From Chloroflexota bacterium (GTDB lineage: Bacteria > Chloroflexota > UBA11872 > VXOZ01), in contig OZ219802.1 of the NCBI GenBank assembly GCA_964291655.2, positions 1 through 64,000 of the forward strand: a stretch of DNA of 64,000 nt. Direction: 5' to 3'. Shown here piece by piece: positions 50,239-60,044 of the stretch; the first letter of the stretch is position 1; each line of letters begins with the position of its first letter. Below the pieces are notes generated by a model. The model saw only the letters and a list, made by a program, of their open reading frames with translations. It had not been told where the DNA came from and did not search any database. The position numbers and the translations under genes are program-made.

Positions 50239-50634
50239 GTGGCGGAGGAATCTCTCGTGCGCGTCTTGTTACTCCGAAGTTTGGCAGTGCTGGTTGCCGT
50301 AGTGATTGCGAGCCGCTTTGCGCTTGTGGAATTCACCGACAGCGGCGATTGGCTATCGCTCATTGTTTTTGCAGTAGGTGTGGCTTTGATCAACGCGGTG
50401 ATTGGGCCGGTACTCAAGGTCATTTCGTTTCCGGTGACAATACTGACCTTAGGCATCTGGATTCTAGTTTTGAACGGCCTGCTGTTCTGGTTGGGCACCG
50501 CCCTCTTGCCAGGGGTTGAGCTGGCTGACTCGGGCCGACCGACCTTACTCTCGGCCATGCTGGTTGCTCTCATCATTAGCGTGGTCAGCTTTGCCGTCAA
50601 TCGAGTTGTGAAAGATGACGAAGAGAAAGAATGA
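50239..50634 (+). CDS. YvlD/DUF360 (phage holin family 4-like) membrane protein
   Basis: NAVIGPVL..ISFP.TILTLG...LV.NG, ALIIS. Confidence 0.85.
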   Translation: MAEESLVRVLLLRSLAVLVAVVIASRFALVEFTDSGDWLSLIVFAVGVALINAVIGPVLKVISFPVTILTLGIWILVLNGLLFWLGTALLPGVELADSGRPTLLSAMLVALIISVVSFAVNRVVKDDEEKE

Positions 50635-50677
50635 GCTTGCACGACCGAACCTCAAGCAATTAAAGGACTTAGGCGAA

Positions 50678-51706
50678 ATGCAAATCTTGGTGACTGGCGC
50701 CGCAGGATTTATTGGAAGTAACTATGTGCGCTACGTCCTGTCGGAGTATCCGGATGCCGATGTGGTGGCGGTGGATAAGTTAACGTACGCCGGCAACCTG
50801 GATAATCTCGCCGCTCTTGAAGAAAACCCTCGGTTTCAATTCGTACATGCTGACATTTGTGATGCCGGTGCAATTGATGAAGCAATGACGGGCTGTGACG
50901 CCCTCGTCAACTTTGCCGCGGAGAGTCATGTGGACCGCTCGGTAATGGACCCGGCGGCGTTCGTACGGACGAATGTGGAGGGAATCCGCGTACTCTTGGA
51001 AGCGGCCCGCGCGCACGGCGTGGAGCGTATCGTGCAGGTGAGCACTGACGAGGTATACGGACATGTGCCTGTAGGCACCTCAACCGAGGATGCGCGCCTG
51101 GCGCCCCGCAATCCCTATTCGGCCAGCAAGGCCGGGGGTGAGTTGCTGGCCCTTGCGTATTTCACCAGCTTTGGTCTACCGGTGATGATTACGCGCGGCG
51201 CCAATACTATCGGCCCCCGCCAGTATCCCGAGAAGGTGGTACCGGTTTTTGTTACCAACGCCATCGACGACAAGCCATTGCCCATCTACGGAGAGGGTGA
51301 AGCCGTACGCAATTACATGTACGTAGCAGACCACTGCGCCGGTGTCGATCTCGTCTTGCGAAGGGGGGAACCTGGCGCAGTATACAATGTCGGCGTGGAG
51401 TTTGAGGTTAACACAGTAACGCTGGCGACGAGTATTTTAGATGCTCTCGGCAAGCCGCATGCATTGATGCGGTTGATTGAGGATCGCCCCGGCCATGACT
51501 TCCGCTATAGTCTGGACTCATCCCGCCTTGCGGCGCTCGGCTGGCAGCCGCAGTACGCGTTCCAACAAGCATTGGCGGAGACGGTGAACTGGTATGTCGA
51601 CAATGAGGACTGGTGGCGACCTATCAAGTCCGGCGGGTATGGGGAGTATTACGAGCGGAACTATGCCGAACGGCTTGCACGCTCGCGTCCCCTCGTCGCA
51701 GGATAG
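50678..51706 (+). CDS. rfbB: dTDP-glucose 4,6-dehydratase
   Basis: TGAAGFIGS, DKLTYAGN, FAAESHVDRS, STDEVYG, YSASK, DRPGHD.RY. Confidence 0.93.
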   Translation: MQILVTGAAGFIGSNYVRYVLSEYPDADVVAVDKLTYAGNLDNLAALEENPRFQFVHADICDAGAIDEAMTGCDALVNFAAESHVDRSVMDPAAFVRTNVEGIRVLLEAARAHGVERIVQVSTDEVYGHVPVGTSTEDARLAPRNPYSASKAGGELLALAYFTSFGLPVMITRGANTIGPRQYPEKVVPVFVTNAIDDKPLPIYGEGEAVRNYMYVADHCAGVDLVLRRGEPGAVYNVGVEFEVNTVTLATSILDALGKPHALMRLIEDRPGHDFRYSLDSSRLAALGWQPQYAFQQALAETVNWYVDNEDWWRPIKSGGYGEYYERNYAERLARSRPLVAG

Positions 51707-51740
51707 GCTCCACTCCGCACACGAGTTGCGGCATTCAAGT

Positions 51741-52148
51741 CTACGGCTTGAGCTCCGCGCTGCCTGTAACCAGGTCATTGCCGTCTTCATCACGGCAGCC
51801 GACTGTGATCTGAAGGCTGCCCGTCTCGCTGTCTATCTTCTTAATTCTTCCCCAGGCGGTTACCGTGCTACCCACGTAGCCCGGCTTGCGGAACCTGACC
51901 TTGAGCTGACCTGACGTGATCCATGCCTCTCCAAACGTGGTTGTTAGCATCTCCATGACAAACGCGAGCAGCAGCATTCCATGAGCAATCGGCCGTTCGA
52001 ACGGTGTGGTGGCGGCAAATGCTGGATCAGTATGTATAGGGTTATAATCTCCGCTCGCCGCCGCATAACTCCGTAGCGATTCCAGCGATATTAATCGTGA
52101 GCGGGCAGGCAATTCAGCGCCAGTTCCCCAACGCTCGCTTGCACTCAT
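51741..52148 (-). CDS. MaoC-family dehydratase (catalytic, HadB-like)
   Basis: YA.ASGD.NPIH hydratase-2 motif, IAHGM, VRF..P. Confidence 0.88.
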   Translation of the reverse strand: MSASERWGTGAELPARSRLISLESLRSYAAASGDYNPIHTDPAFAATTPFERPIAHGMLLLAFVMEMLTTTFGEAWITSGQLKVRFRKPGYVGSTVTAWGRIKKIDSETGSLQITVGCRDEDGNDLVTGSAELKP

Positions 52149-52543
52149 TTCGCTTCCTCACTCCCGGGCATCATCAACATCGAGCGGCCTGACAGTACCG
52201 GTCGATTTTGGTGAAGGGCAGTTATCTCAACCACAATCACGTCCATGCCGGCCCGTGACGTGGCCTGGACGACTTCTGCGGTCGCGTCGAGCGTACTGTC
52301 CACTGTTGCATTGTCTTGGAACGAAAACTCCTGGGTGGCGTGTACCGATCCGGGCGGTAGTCCAATGGCCTCTATAAGGCCCGCTAGGACCCATGCCGCA
52401 ATTGCCAGCGGTGGCGCAACGTTGCCGTCGCCGTGGTACAGCGGACTCTCACTGCCGACCGCGGCAAGATATTGCTGCACTCTGTCGGGGGAAACGTGTA
52501 CCGTTTGTTCAGGAAAGCAATAACCGACGGAAAACCGAGGCAT
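52145..52543 (-). CDS. MaoC-like hot-dog protein (non-catalytic, HadA-like)
   Basis: Y..AVG...PLY, APP, VH..QEF; overlaps the downstream MaoC gene by 4 bp. Confidence 0.75.
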   Translation of the reverse strand: MPRFSVGYCFPEQTVHVSPDRVQQYLAAVGSESPLYHGDGNVAPPLAIAAWVLAGLIEAIGLPPGSVHATQEFSFQDNATVDSTLDATAEVVQATSRAGMDVIVVEITALHQNRPVLSGRSMLMMPGSEEAK

Positions 52544-52859
52544 GTCTCTCTGCTCGTTCAGTGTTTGGTATGGGTGCCGGGATGGCGCGACCCACATACC
52601 TGCACGGGTTTCCACTACAGCGACTCTGTCGGCTGCAACTCTATTCCTCATTCGCGCCTGAAGGACGCAACCCACTGCGGCCCATTATAGCCGCAAAGGT
52701 TGCGCTCATTCCAGATGCACGTACGCGCCCACCATATGCGTGAAGTTGGTGTACAATAACCAGCAAAACACCCATCACCTGACTCGGATTGCACTGAAGT
52801 ACGCGCAAGGAATCAAGTGAAGATTCATTGATAGCAAAGAGTCCGAGCAAGGGGTCGAA

Positions 52860-53219
52860 TTGTCTGAAACGCCGAACGGACACCGCTATCAAACCGAGCA
52901 GCAGGCCTTGCTCAATCGGCTGCGGCGCATCGAGGGCCAGGTGCGGGGCATTCAGCGCATGGTTGCGGAAGACCGCTATTGCGTGGAAATCCTCCAACAG
53001 ATGGCGGCAATTACGTCCGGATTACAGGAAGTCTCGCTGATCGTGTTGAGGAACCACATCGAGGGGTGCGTATCGGAAGCGATTCGTTCCGGCGAAGAGG
53101 AAGAACTCATCGAGGAGTTGATGAACGCGATTCGGAACGGAGTCGGCCGATGGGTGGTTCCCCCGCACACGGCGAGTACGACAGAGCCGGTATCAAGAAT
53201 AGTTCAACAAGAGGAGTAA
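52860..53219 (+). CDS. CsoR/RcnR family metal-sensing repressor
   Basis: LNRLRRIEGQVRGIQRM...RYC.EIL.Q, H...C (Cys-His-Cys fingerprint). Confidence 0.92.
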   Translation: MSETPNGHRYQTEQQALLNRLRRIEGQVRGIQRMVAEDRYCVEILQQMAAITSGLQEVSLIVLRNHIEGCVSEAIRSGEEEELIEELMNAIRNGVGRWVVPPHTASTTEPVSRIVQQEE

Positions 53220-53222
53220 ACT

Positions 53223-54218
53223 ATGGCACGTGTTGGCTGGGGCATAATTGGATGCGGCGACATTGCCAACAAGGCCGTAGCGCCTGCCGTAAACGAGGAT
53301 CCGAATAGTCGCCTGGTTGCCTTCGCGAGTAGCAGCCAGGAGCGGGCGGAGGACTTCACGACGAGGCACGGCGCGCAGCGGGCTTATAGCGACATTGAAG
53401 CGTTCCTCGCAGACCCGGAGATTGATGTGGTCTATGCCGCCAGTCGCGTGTATGAGCATCTACCGCAGACAATTGCTTCCGCGGCGGTGGGCAAACACGT
53501 GCTCTGCGAAAAGCCGATGGCGCTCACGGATGCCGAGTGCCGTGAGATGATTTCCGCCTGTCAGCAGGCCGGTGTGAATTTGGCGATCGCCTACTACCGG
53601 CGCTACTATCCCAAGAACATCAAGATCAAGGAGCTACTCGCTAGCGGGGCAATCGGCACACCGGTCTTGGTGCGCATGGTCTTGACCGGCAACTATGACC
53701 CGATGCCGGATGACCCGAAGATCTGGCGCGTTGACCCCGCGAAAAGTGCCGGAGGTCCGATCGCAGACGTTGGCTCCCATCGGCTCGATCTCCTCTGCCA
53801 CTGGTTTGGCGATCCTGTTGCGGTGGCTGCCTGCAACGAGACGCTCGTGCACTCGTATCCCGCGGACGATTCGGATGTGTTGCTGATCAAGATGGCAAGC
53901 GGCGTTCAGGTGACCGCCTCCTTTCACTGGAGCATTGGCGTCGGTTACGACACGATTGAGATATTTGGAACGGAAGGAGCGCTGTTCAGCACACCTACCG
54001 ATGGGGCGAAGCTGGTCCTGAAGCATGCTGCGGGTACCGAGGAGTTTGACCTCCCGAATGCGGAGAATAAGCACTCACCGCTTGTCGAGGACTTTAGCGC
54101 GAGGGTCCTGGCAGGTGAACCGCCGCTCTACTCGGGTGAAGACGGAGCCAAAGCAACGCGCATCATAGAGACCTCATTCGCGGCAAGCCGCGCCGAAAAG
54201 TGGGTGACAATCGAATGA
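53223..54218 (+). CDS. Gfo/Idh/MocA oxidoreductase
   Basis: WGIIGCG.IA, GKHVLCEKP, YRRY, GG...DVGSH..D. Confidence 0.9.
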   Translation: MARVGWGIIGCGDIANKAVAPAVNEDPNSRLVAFASSSQERAEDFTTRHGAQRAYSDIEAFLADPEIDVVYAASRVYEHLPQTIASAAVGKHVLCEKPMALTDAECREMISACQQAGVNLAIAYYRRYYPKNIKIKELLASGAIGTPVLVRMVLTGNYDPMPDDPKIWRVDPAKSAGGPIADVGSHRLDLLCHWFGDPVAVAACNETLVHSYPADDSDVLLIKMASGVQVTASFHWSIGVGYDTIEIFGTEGALFSTPTDGAKLVLKHAAGTEEFDLPNAENKHSPLVEDFSARVLAGEPPLYSGEDGAKATRIIETSFAASRAEKWVTIE

Positions 54219-55312
54219 TGAACATAATTGGCCGACCGGCAAAAGACATCGACACGCCGGCACTCTTGGTCGATCTCGACATCTTGGATCGCAACGTTGC
54301 TCACATGGCACGCGTCATCATCCAGGATGCAGGCATCAATTGGCGTCCGCACACCAAGGGCATCAAGTCGCCTGCCATTGCGCACTTGCTTGTGGATGCC
54401 GGCGCAATTGGGGTTACATGCGCCAAGCTCGGTGAAGCCGAGGTGATGGCCGCAGGCGGCATCCGCAGTATTCTCATTGCTAACCAGATCGTTGGGCCCC
54501 AGAAGATTGAACGGCTGGTCAACCTCCGCAGGCATGCCGACGTGATTCCTGCCGTGGACAACGAGGACAATGTCCGTGAGATTGCCGAAGCGGCGGCACG
54601 CAAGGGCGTGCGGCAACGCGTAGTGGTTGAAATCAACGTAGGCATCGACCGGGCCGGGGTGCTTCCAGGCGAGCCGGTTCTTAGCTTGGCAAAGAAGGTC
54701 GCATCCTACCCAAGTCTTGAGTTTGCGGGCGTCATGGCATGGGAAGCGCTGGTCCTTGGCGCCAAGGATGATGCTGAGAAAGCGCGCATGGTCAAAACGG
54801 CTATCTCACAGCTCACCGAAAGTGCAGATCGTTGTCGCGATGCCGGGTTACCGGTGGAAATCGTGAGTTGCGGCGGCAGCGGCACATACTGGCACACCGC
54901 GTTCCAGCCGGGTGTTACTGAAATCCAGGGCGGAGGCGGCATTTTTTGCGACATTACGTACCGCGAGCGGTTTGGCGTAAAGCATGACTATGCGCTTACG
55001 GTTCTGTCAACCGTAACCAGTAGGCCCGCACCGACGCGCATCATCTGCGACGCGGGCAAGAAGACGATGAGTACGGATGCAAGCACCCCCAAGCCCTGTG
55101 GTCTGCCTGAAGTCGCCTCCGTAGGATGTTCGGCAGAGCACGGGACAATTCACCTGGTAGAGGGGTCCGATACTCCCCGCGTCGGAGACAAGATTTCGTT
55201 CATTGTTGGCTATGGGGATACGACCGTGTTCCTGCACGACAACTTCTACGGCATTCGCGACGGCCGCGTGGAGGTGGTGTGGCCGATACTCGGTCGCGGC
55301 AAACTGCAGTGA
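54215..55312 (+). CDS. DSD1 family fold-III PLP enzyme (D-threonine aldolase / D-serine dehydratase-like)
   Basis: TPAL..DLD, RPH.K, CAK..EAE, R.GV, SCGGSGT, DAG.K, EHG; ATGA overlap with the upstream gene. Confidence 0.88.
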   Translation: MMNIIGRPAKDIDTPALLVDLDILDRNVAHMARVIIQDAGINWRPHTKGIKSPAIAHLLVDAGAIGVTCAKLGEAEVMAAGGIRSILIANQIVGPQKIERLVNLRRHADVIPAVDNEDNVREIAEAAARKGVRQRVVVEINVGIDRAGVLPGEPVLSLAKKVASYPSLEFAGVMAWEALVLGAKDDAEKARMVKTAISQLTESADRCRDAGLPVEIVSCGGSGTYWHTAFQPGVTEIQGGGGIFCDITYRERFGVKHDYALTVLSTVTSRPAPTRIICDAGKKTMSTDASTPKPCGLPEVASVGCSAEHGTIHLVEGSDTPRVGDKISFIVGYGDTTVFLHDNFYGIRDGRVEVVWPILGRGKLQ

Positions 55313-55320
55313 GATAAACA

Positions 55321-55360
55321 AATCGCTCTCAAGCCTCGCATTGGTGGCAAGAGAGCGATT
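55321..55360. terminator. Hairpin between convergent genes, likely terminator
   Basis: Perfect 10-bp inverted repeat AATCGCTCTC ... GAGAGCGATT. Confidence 0.55.
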
Positions 55361-55438
55361 CTGAATTTCGTACGCATGCCTTGAATTGCGCGTTTACGAC
55401 AGGCGTCGCACTGTTCGTGCCCGTCACTAATGCGTATT

Positions 55439-55690
55439 CTACCCCGTGGGAATGCCCATCTCGATCAACATGACCGGGATGTTCTCATCAATTCGGTAGA
55501 TTGTAGCGCCGTCATCGGTAATCAGCCCTTCTTCCAGCGGCTTGTCGACCACGTTGCCGTCTTGATACGTGACCACGTCGCTTTCAATGCGGGAATTAAG
55601 CTGGCTGATCTCATCACTTGAAAGAGGGCGCAACTGCGCCTTGGTAGCGGGGCACCGCAGGATTTCGAGTAATTGTTCACTTATGGGCAT
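55439..55690 (-). CDS. Trm112-family protein
   Basis: LLEILRCP....L and Y.I...IPVML. Confidence 0.85.
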   Translation of the reverse strand: MPISEQLLEILRCPATKAQLRPLSSDEISQLNSRIESDVVTYQDGNVVDKPLEEGLITDDGATIYRIDENIPVMLIEMGIPTG

Positions 55691-55928
55691 GACATCAAGT
55701 CTCCGGGGTAATGAGTGAGTTTCCGCACATTTCGTATTAGCAAGGACCGTTGCTGCTCACTATCAAATGTGGCAAGGGCTTGCTTATGGTCCTAACACAC
55801 GAGGCTTAAGACAGGCATGAACGTGTCAATCATATTCACACTTGTCGGTCTGCCTATCCCCTATTTCAAAGGAAGGAGCGCAATGTAAGCTCCATTCATC
55901 CTCAGTCTAAGAACGGTGCAACGCACTG

Positions 55929-56561
55929 TCAACCAGAGCGTGCCCTGACTACGCGATACGGGATCTTGCCAAGGCGGGTGAGAACGGTAGGTCCTAAATT
56001 GAACAGCGCAAGATCGGCTATGAAATGGACGATAATGGGTGTGAGGATTGTGCCGGAAGCCAGGAAGAGAAGTCCGAATAAGAATCCTCCTGCAGTAGCA
56101 AGCAGCAGGAAGGGCATTGGAAATCCGGCGATTCGGTGATAGAAGCCGAATATCAAGGCAACGCCGATGAATCCCGCCGCCGGATGCACGAATGCTATGC
56201 TCATCGCCCACGACTGCAGCATGCCCCGAAAGAAGAGTTCCTCGGCAGGCGCATTAAAGAAGAGGAAGTATCCATCCTCGATGGCGTGGGCGCGGCGGGA
56301 CGCCAAGCTGTGGATTGGCCAATAGCGCGCGGGGAACAGCGTACAGGCAGCAAATGCCGGAATTCCCGTGCCCAGGATAAGTGCGACGTCTAGGCCGGTA
56401 ATGCGCCAGGAGAGCTTTAGCGTTTCGGCCCCACCTGCCAGGGCATAGGCCCAAACAAGAGCCACAATCGCGAATGGGAGGAGCCGACGAAGAACATCCC
56501 AGCCTATCCACCGCAGCGAGTCGCGCGCCGTACGAATAGCGATAGCGGGCGTACGGTTCAT
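55929..56561 (-). CDS. CPBP (CAAX/Abi) family intramembrane metalloprotease
   Basis: EE.FFRG, FG..H, H...D motifs within hydrophobic segments. Confidence 0.85.
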   Translation of the reverse strand: MNRTPAIAIRTARDSLRWIGWDVLRRLLPFAIVALVWAYALAGGAETLKLSWRITGLDVALILGTGIPAFAACTLFPARYWPIHSLASRRAHAIEDGYFLFFNAPAEELFFRGMLQSWAMSIAFVHPAAGFIGVALIFGFYHRIAGFPMPFLLLATAGGFLFGLLFLASGTILTPIIVHFIADLALFNLGPTVLTRLGKIPYRVVRARSG

Positions 56562-56579
56562 AGGTCGTGAATCCGTAAT

Positions 56580-57614
56580 CTAATCGAAGAGGCGGGGCTG
56601 TTCTTTGTCAGCAGCATCACCGGCGTCAAGCCCCAAGTGCTCGTATGCCGCGGAGAGCACCACTCGTCCACGTGGCGTTTTGGCCAGGAAGCCAAGTTGC
56701 ATCAGATACGGCTCGTAGACATCCTCGATGGTCTGCGCTTCATCGCCAATTGCTGCCGCTAAAGTGTCGATACCGACCGGCCCGCCGCCAAACTTCTCGA
56801 GAATTGTCATGAGAATCGTCCGATCCACCGCGTCCAGCCCTAGTCCATCGATCTCCAGGCTTTCCAAGCAGTCTTCAGCAAGGGAAGAGGTGATATGTCC
56901 GTCGCCTTTCACCTGCGCCCAGTCTCGGATGCGACGCAGCAGTCGATTGGTTATACGCGGCGTGCCGCGCGATCGCTGGGCGATTTCATTTATGCCTGCT
57001 TTGTCAATTGCCACACCCAAGATTCCGGCTGAACGGTGGACGATTTTCCGCATGGCGTCAATGTCATAGTACTCCATGTGGAAGTGCGCACCGAAGCGGT
57101 CCCGCAGAGGGGAACTGACCAGGGCAAGCCGGGTGGTTGCACCAATGAGCGTGAATTGGGGTAGGGAGAGACGTATACTGCGCGCCGCCATGCCTTTGCC
57201 CATGACAATGTCTAAAGCAAAGTCCTCCATCGCCGGATAGAGTATCTCTTCCACGGCACGATGGAGGCGATGCACTTCGTCGATGAAGAGAATGTCGTGC
57301 GAACGAACGTTAGAGAGGATTGCTGCCAGGTCTCCCGCACGCTCGATGGCCGGTCCAGCGGTGACTCTGATGTTGACGCCCATTTCGGTAGCCAACACGT
57401 TTGCAAAGGTTGTCTTGCCCAGCCCAGGCGGGCCGTGGAAAAGAGTATGATCAAGCGGCTCCTGCCGCTGTTTCGCGGCAGTGATGGCAATACGCAAGTG
57501 CTCCCGCACTTTTTCCTGGCCGATGCACTCTTCCAGGGAGCGCGGACGCAGCGACTGCGCGACTTGGAGGTCTTCCGGCTCCTCTTGCGGCGCAACGACG
57601 CGTGTGTCGGTCAT
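56580..57614 (-). CDS. ruvB: Holliday junction branch migration helicase RuvB
   Basis: [42 protein letters not shown]. Confidence 0.97.
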   Translation of the reverse strand: MTDTRVVAPQEEPEDLQVAQSLRPRSLEECIGQEKVREHLRIAITAAKQRQEPLDHTLFHGPPGLGKTTFANVLATEMGVNIRVTAGPAIERAGDLAAILSNVRSHDILFIDEVHRLHRAVEEILYPAMEDFALDIVMGKGMAARSIRLSLPQFTLIGATTRLALVSSPLRDRFGAHFHMEYYDIDAMRKIVHRSAGILGVAIDKAGINEIAQRSRGTPRITNRLLRRIRDWAQVKGDGHITSSLAEDCLESLEIDGLGLDAVDRTILMTILEKFGGGPVGIDTLAAAIGDEAQTIEDVYEPYLMQLGFLAKTPRGRVVLSAAYEHLGLDAGDAADKEQPRLFD

Positions 57615-57747
57615 GTGCTCATTCCTTGCAAATGAACTCGGATTCGCTTGCACTGTAAGTCGTGCGCTTCAACGTCTGCGCTCGACCTCTCAAAGAGCTT
57701 GGTTCGATGGCATTGTAGGGTGCGAGAAGTACCTTGCCAATACTGAT

Positions 57748-58329
57748 TTAGGTCCCAAGGTGGCGCAGCGCGGCTCCAACACGCGATTCGACCGACGCGG
57801 CTGCTTGCACCTCCGGTTGCGCGAGCGCATGCGCGATCTCTGCGGTCGAATATCCCAGCGCCGCCAGCGCATCGGCGGTTTCATCGGGTGCGCCTGTGGT
57901 TTCAGGTGACGCCGCCAACTTCCCGCGTAGTTCGAGGACGATACGACTTGCGGTCCGCTTGCCCAGGCCGCTTACGAGAGTGAGCTGCCGAAGGTCCTCG
58001 CTTTCAATTGCAGTTGCAAATTGCTCAGGAGCGAACGTCGAGAGGATGGCTAGCGCGAGTCTCGGCCCCACACCGTTCACGGTCTGTACTTGGTCGAAGA
58101 GAGCTGCTTGCTGTTCTGAGGTAAAGCCAAAGAGCTCTAGCCGGTCGTCGCGAACCAGCAGCCTCGTCGCAAGCTTGACGGTACTGCCAACTGCGCCGAG
58201 TTCGTGCACAACGCTGGCAGGCACGACGACGCGCAAGCCAATGCCGCCGACTGTGTCAGAACCGCCGACCTGAATAGTTACGGACTCCAGGTCGCTGCTT
58301 ACGAGTTCACCTTGGATAAAGGCAATCAT
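57748..58329 (-). CDS. ruvA: Holliday junction DNA-binding protein RuvA
   Basis: MIAFIQG, LFGF, V.GVGPRLA, G.GK.TA.RI.LEL, AL.ALGY. Confidence 0.95.
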   Translation of the reverse strand: MIAFIQGELVSSDLESVTIQVGGSDTVGGIGLRVVVPASVVHELGAVGSTVKLATRLLVRDDRLELFGFTSEQQAALFDQVQTVNGVGPRLALAILSTFAPEQFATAIESEDLRQLTLVSGLGKRTASRIVLELRGKLAASPETTGAPDETADALAALGYSTAEIAHALAQPEVQAAASVESRVGAALRHLGT

Positions 58330-58817
58330 GTTTGTGCAAGGAGTTGCTGCGCGGAGCGCATGTGGGCGTGGCAGATTGCTACGGCAAGAGCGTCGGCTGC
58401 GTCGTCGGGTGTGGGAGGTTTCTGGAGTGCGAGCGCGATGGACACCATCGTTTGCACCTGGCGCTTGTCAGCCCTGCCATACCCCACGAGCGTTTGCTTG
58501 ATCTGAAGCGGCGAATAGTCGCTGACGGGACAGCCGGCTTCGGCGGCGCGCAAGAGCACAACTCCCCTGGCTTCACCAACGGCAAACGCAGTCGTTACGT
58601 TCTGATTGAAGAAGAGTCGCTCCACAGCAACCTCATCGGGCGCGGCAGATTCAATGACCTCTCCGAGCTGTCGATAGATTGAAAGGAGACGCGTGGGTTG
58701 GCTGTCTTTGGCAGGCGTCGTGATGCAACCAAATGTAACAAGGGAAGGTTGTGGCGAATCTTCGATAACGCCGTAGCCGAGACGGGCAGTGCCCGGATCG
58801 ATGCCAAGGATGCGCAT
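58326..58817 (-). CDS. ruvC: Holliday junction resolvase RuvC
   Basis: ILGIDPG, VE.LFF, ARGV, GYGRADK, DDAADALAVA.CH. Confidence 0.96.
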   Translation of the reverse strand: MRILGIDPGTARLGYGVIEDSPQPSLVTFGCITTPAKDSQPTRLLSIYRQLGEVIESAAPDEVAVERLFFNQNVTTAFAVGEARGVVLLRAAEAGCPVSDYSPLQIKQTLVGYGRADKRQVQTMVSIALALQKPPTPDDAADALAVAICHAHMRSAQQLLAQT

Positions 58818-58826
58818 GAAGTCATC

Positions 58827-59597
58827 CTATCCTGATAACGCCGAATTCGCTGAGAACGCGACCATCAATTCGTCGGTCAACTCAAGATTTGTGTAGACCT
58901 TCTGGACGTCGTCGAGGTCTTCGACCTGCTCGATAAGCCGCATAGACTGGGTAGCCTTGTCGGTTTCGGGTTCCGACATGGTCTTAGGAACGCGAGTTAA
59001 CTCAGCACTTTCCACCGTGTAACCGCCCTCTTCCATGCCTCGGCGCACGGCTTCAAGTTGCTCGATGAGGGTAATCACAACCAGCGTGCCTTCTTCTTCC
59101 TGCACGTCTTCCGCCCCCAACTCAATAGACTCCAGCATAGCCTCGTCCGGGTCGCTGCCGTTGAGTTCGATGATGATCTGTCCTCGGGTGTCAAACATCC
59201 ACGCAACACTACCGGATTCGCCCAGATTGCCACCCCCACGTGCAAGCACGTTGCGGAGCTCTGCGACTGTGCGATTACGATTGTCCGTCAGCGCCTCGAT
59301 GAAGAAGGCCGCGCCTCCCGGCCCATAACCCTCATAGTTGATATCCTCCAGCCGGGCAGCGTCTTCGAGCTCGCCGCTGCCACGCTTGACGGCGCGCACG
59401 ATGGTGTCAGCGGGCATATTGGCGTCTTTCGCCCGCTGAATAGCAAGACGCAAGCGGAAATTCGTCTCTGGATCGCCGCCGCCATCTCGGGCGGCCACCG
59501 TGATTTCGCGACCCAATTTCGTATAGAGCTGCCCTCGTTTTGCGTCATTGGCTGCCTTTTGGCGCTTGATTTGCGCCCATTTTGAATGTCCTGCCAT
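58827..59597 (-). CDS. yebC: YebC/PmpR family protein
   Basis: MAGHSKW..IK, YEGYGPGG, TDNRNRT, DDVQ.VY.N. Confidence 0.95.
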   Translation of the reverse strand: MAGHSKWAQIKRQKAANDAKRGQLYTKLGREITVAARDGGGDPETNFRLRLAIQRAKDANMPADTIVRAVKRGSGELEDAARLEDINYEGYGPGGAAFFIEALTDNRNRTVAELRNVLARGGGNLGESGSVAWMFDTRGQIIIELNGSDPDEAMLESIELGAEDVQEEEGTLVVITLIEQLEAVRRGMEEGGYTVESAELTRVPKTMSEPETDKATQSMRLIEQVEDLDDVQKVYTNLELTDELMVAFSANSALSG

Positions 59598-59706
59598 GCT
59601 CACTCTCCTAGGCAACACGCAGACTAACGCGGACGGTCTTTCAGGGGGTCAAAAGCGTTGCGAGGACGTCTCTAGTGCCTGTATTAATAACGGATATGCT
59701 ACAGCT

Positions 59707-59715
59707 ATTATAGCA
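59707..59715 (-). promoter_or_regulatory. Extended -10 promoter upstream of yebC-ruvCAB
   Basis: TGCTATAAT on the minus strand, about 110 bp upstream of yebC. Confidence 0.55.
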
Positions 59716-60044
59716 CTTCTCTCCGTCTTGGCCCGGGGCAAAAGTATGGGTAGCGGTGAAACAACTGAATGCGAATACATACCACATGCAGAGGCTGAGC
59801 AGAGGTAGCGTAAGGCCTGCTGCAGTCGCCGCATTGAGCCTGCGGCGTTCGATGCAATCAGAAGTGAGAACCAAAACTGAGGTGTGGTGGGATGTGCGGG
59901 CGCGGAGGGTACTCGACGGTTGGCCGAAGTAATTCAGACGCCAAGAGCACGTGGCGAGGATTCTGAGAGCGCTACCTTGTATCTCGCGGCACTTCCCAAG
60001 CCGCACACTCCATCGTGAGCGAACGTCGGCACGACGAAGTGACC

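Noticed and set aside
50239-50634. Holin as evidence of a prophage
   Set aside because: DUF360/YvlD is a common chromosomal family; no endolysin, integrase or structural genes are present.
59641-60006. 121-aa ORF or ncRNA between mreB2 and yebC
   Set aside because: No motifs or RBS, it overlaps a likely promoter, and no recognisable RNA family was seen.
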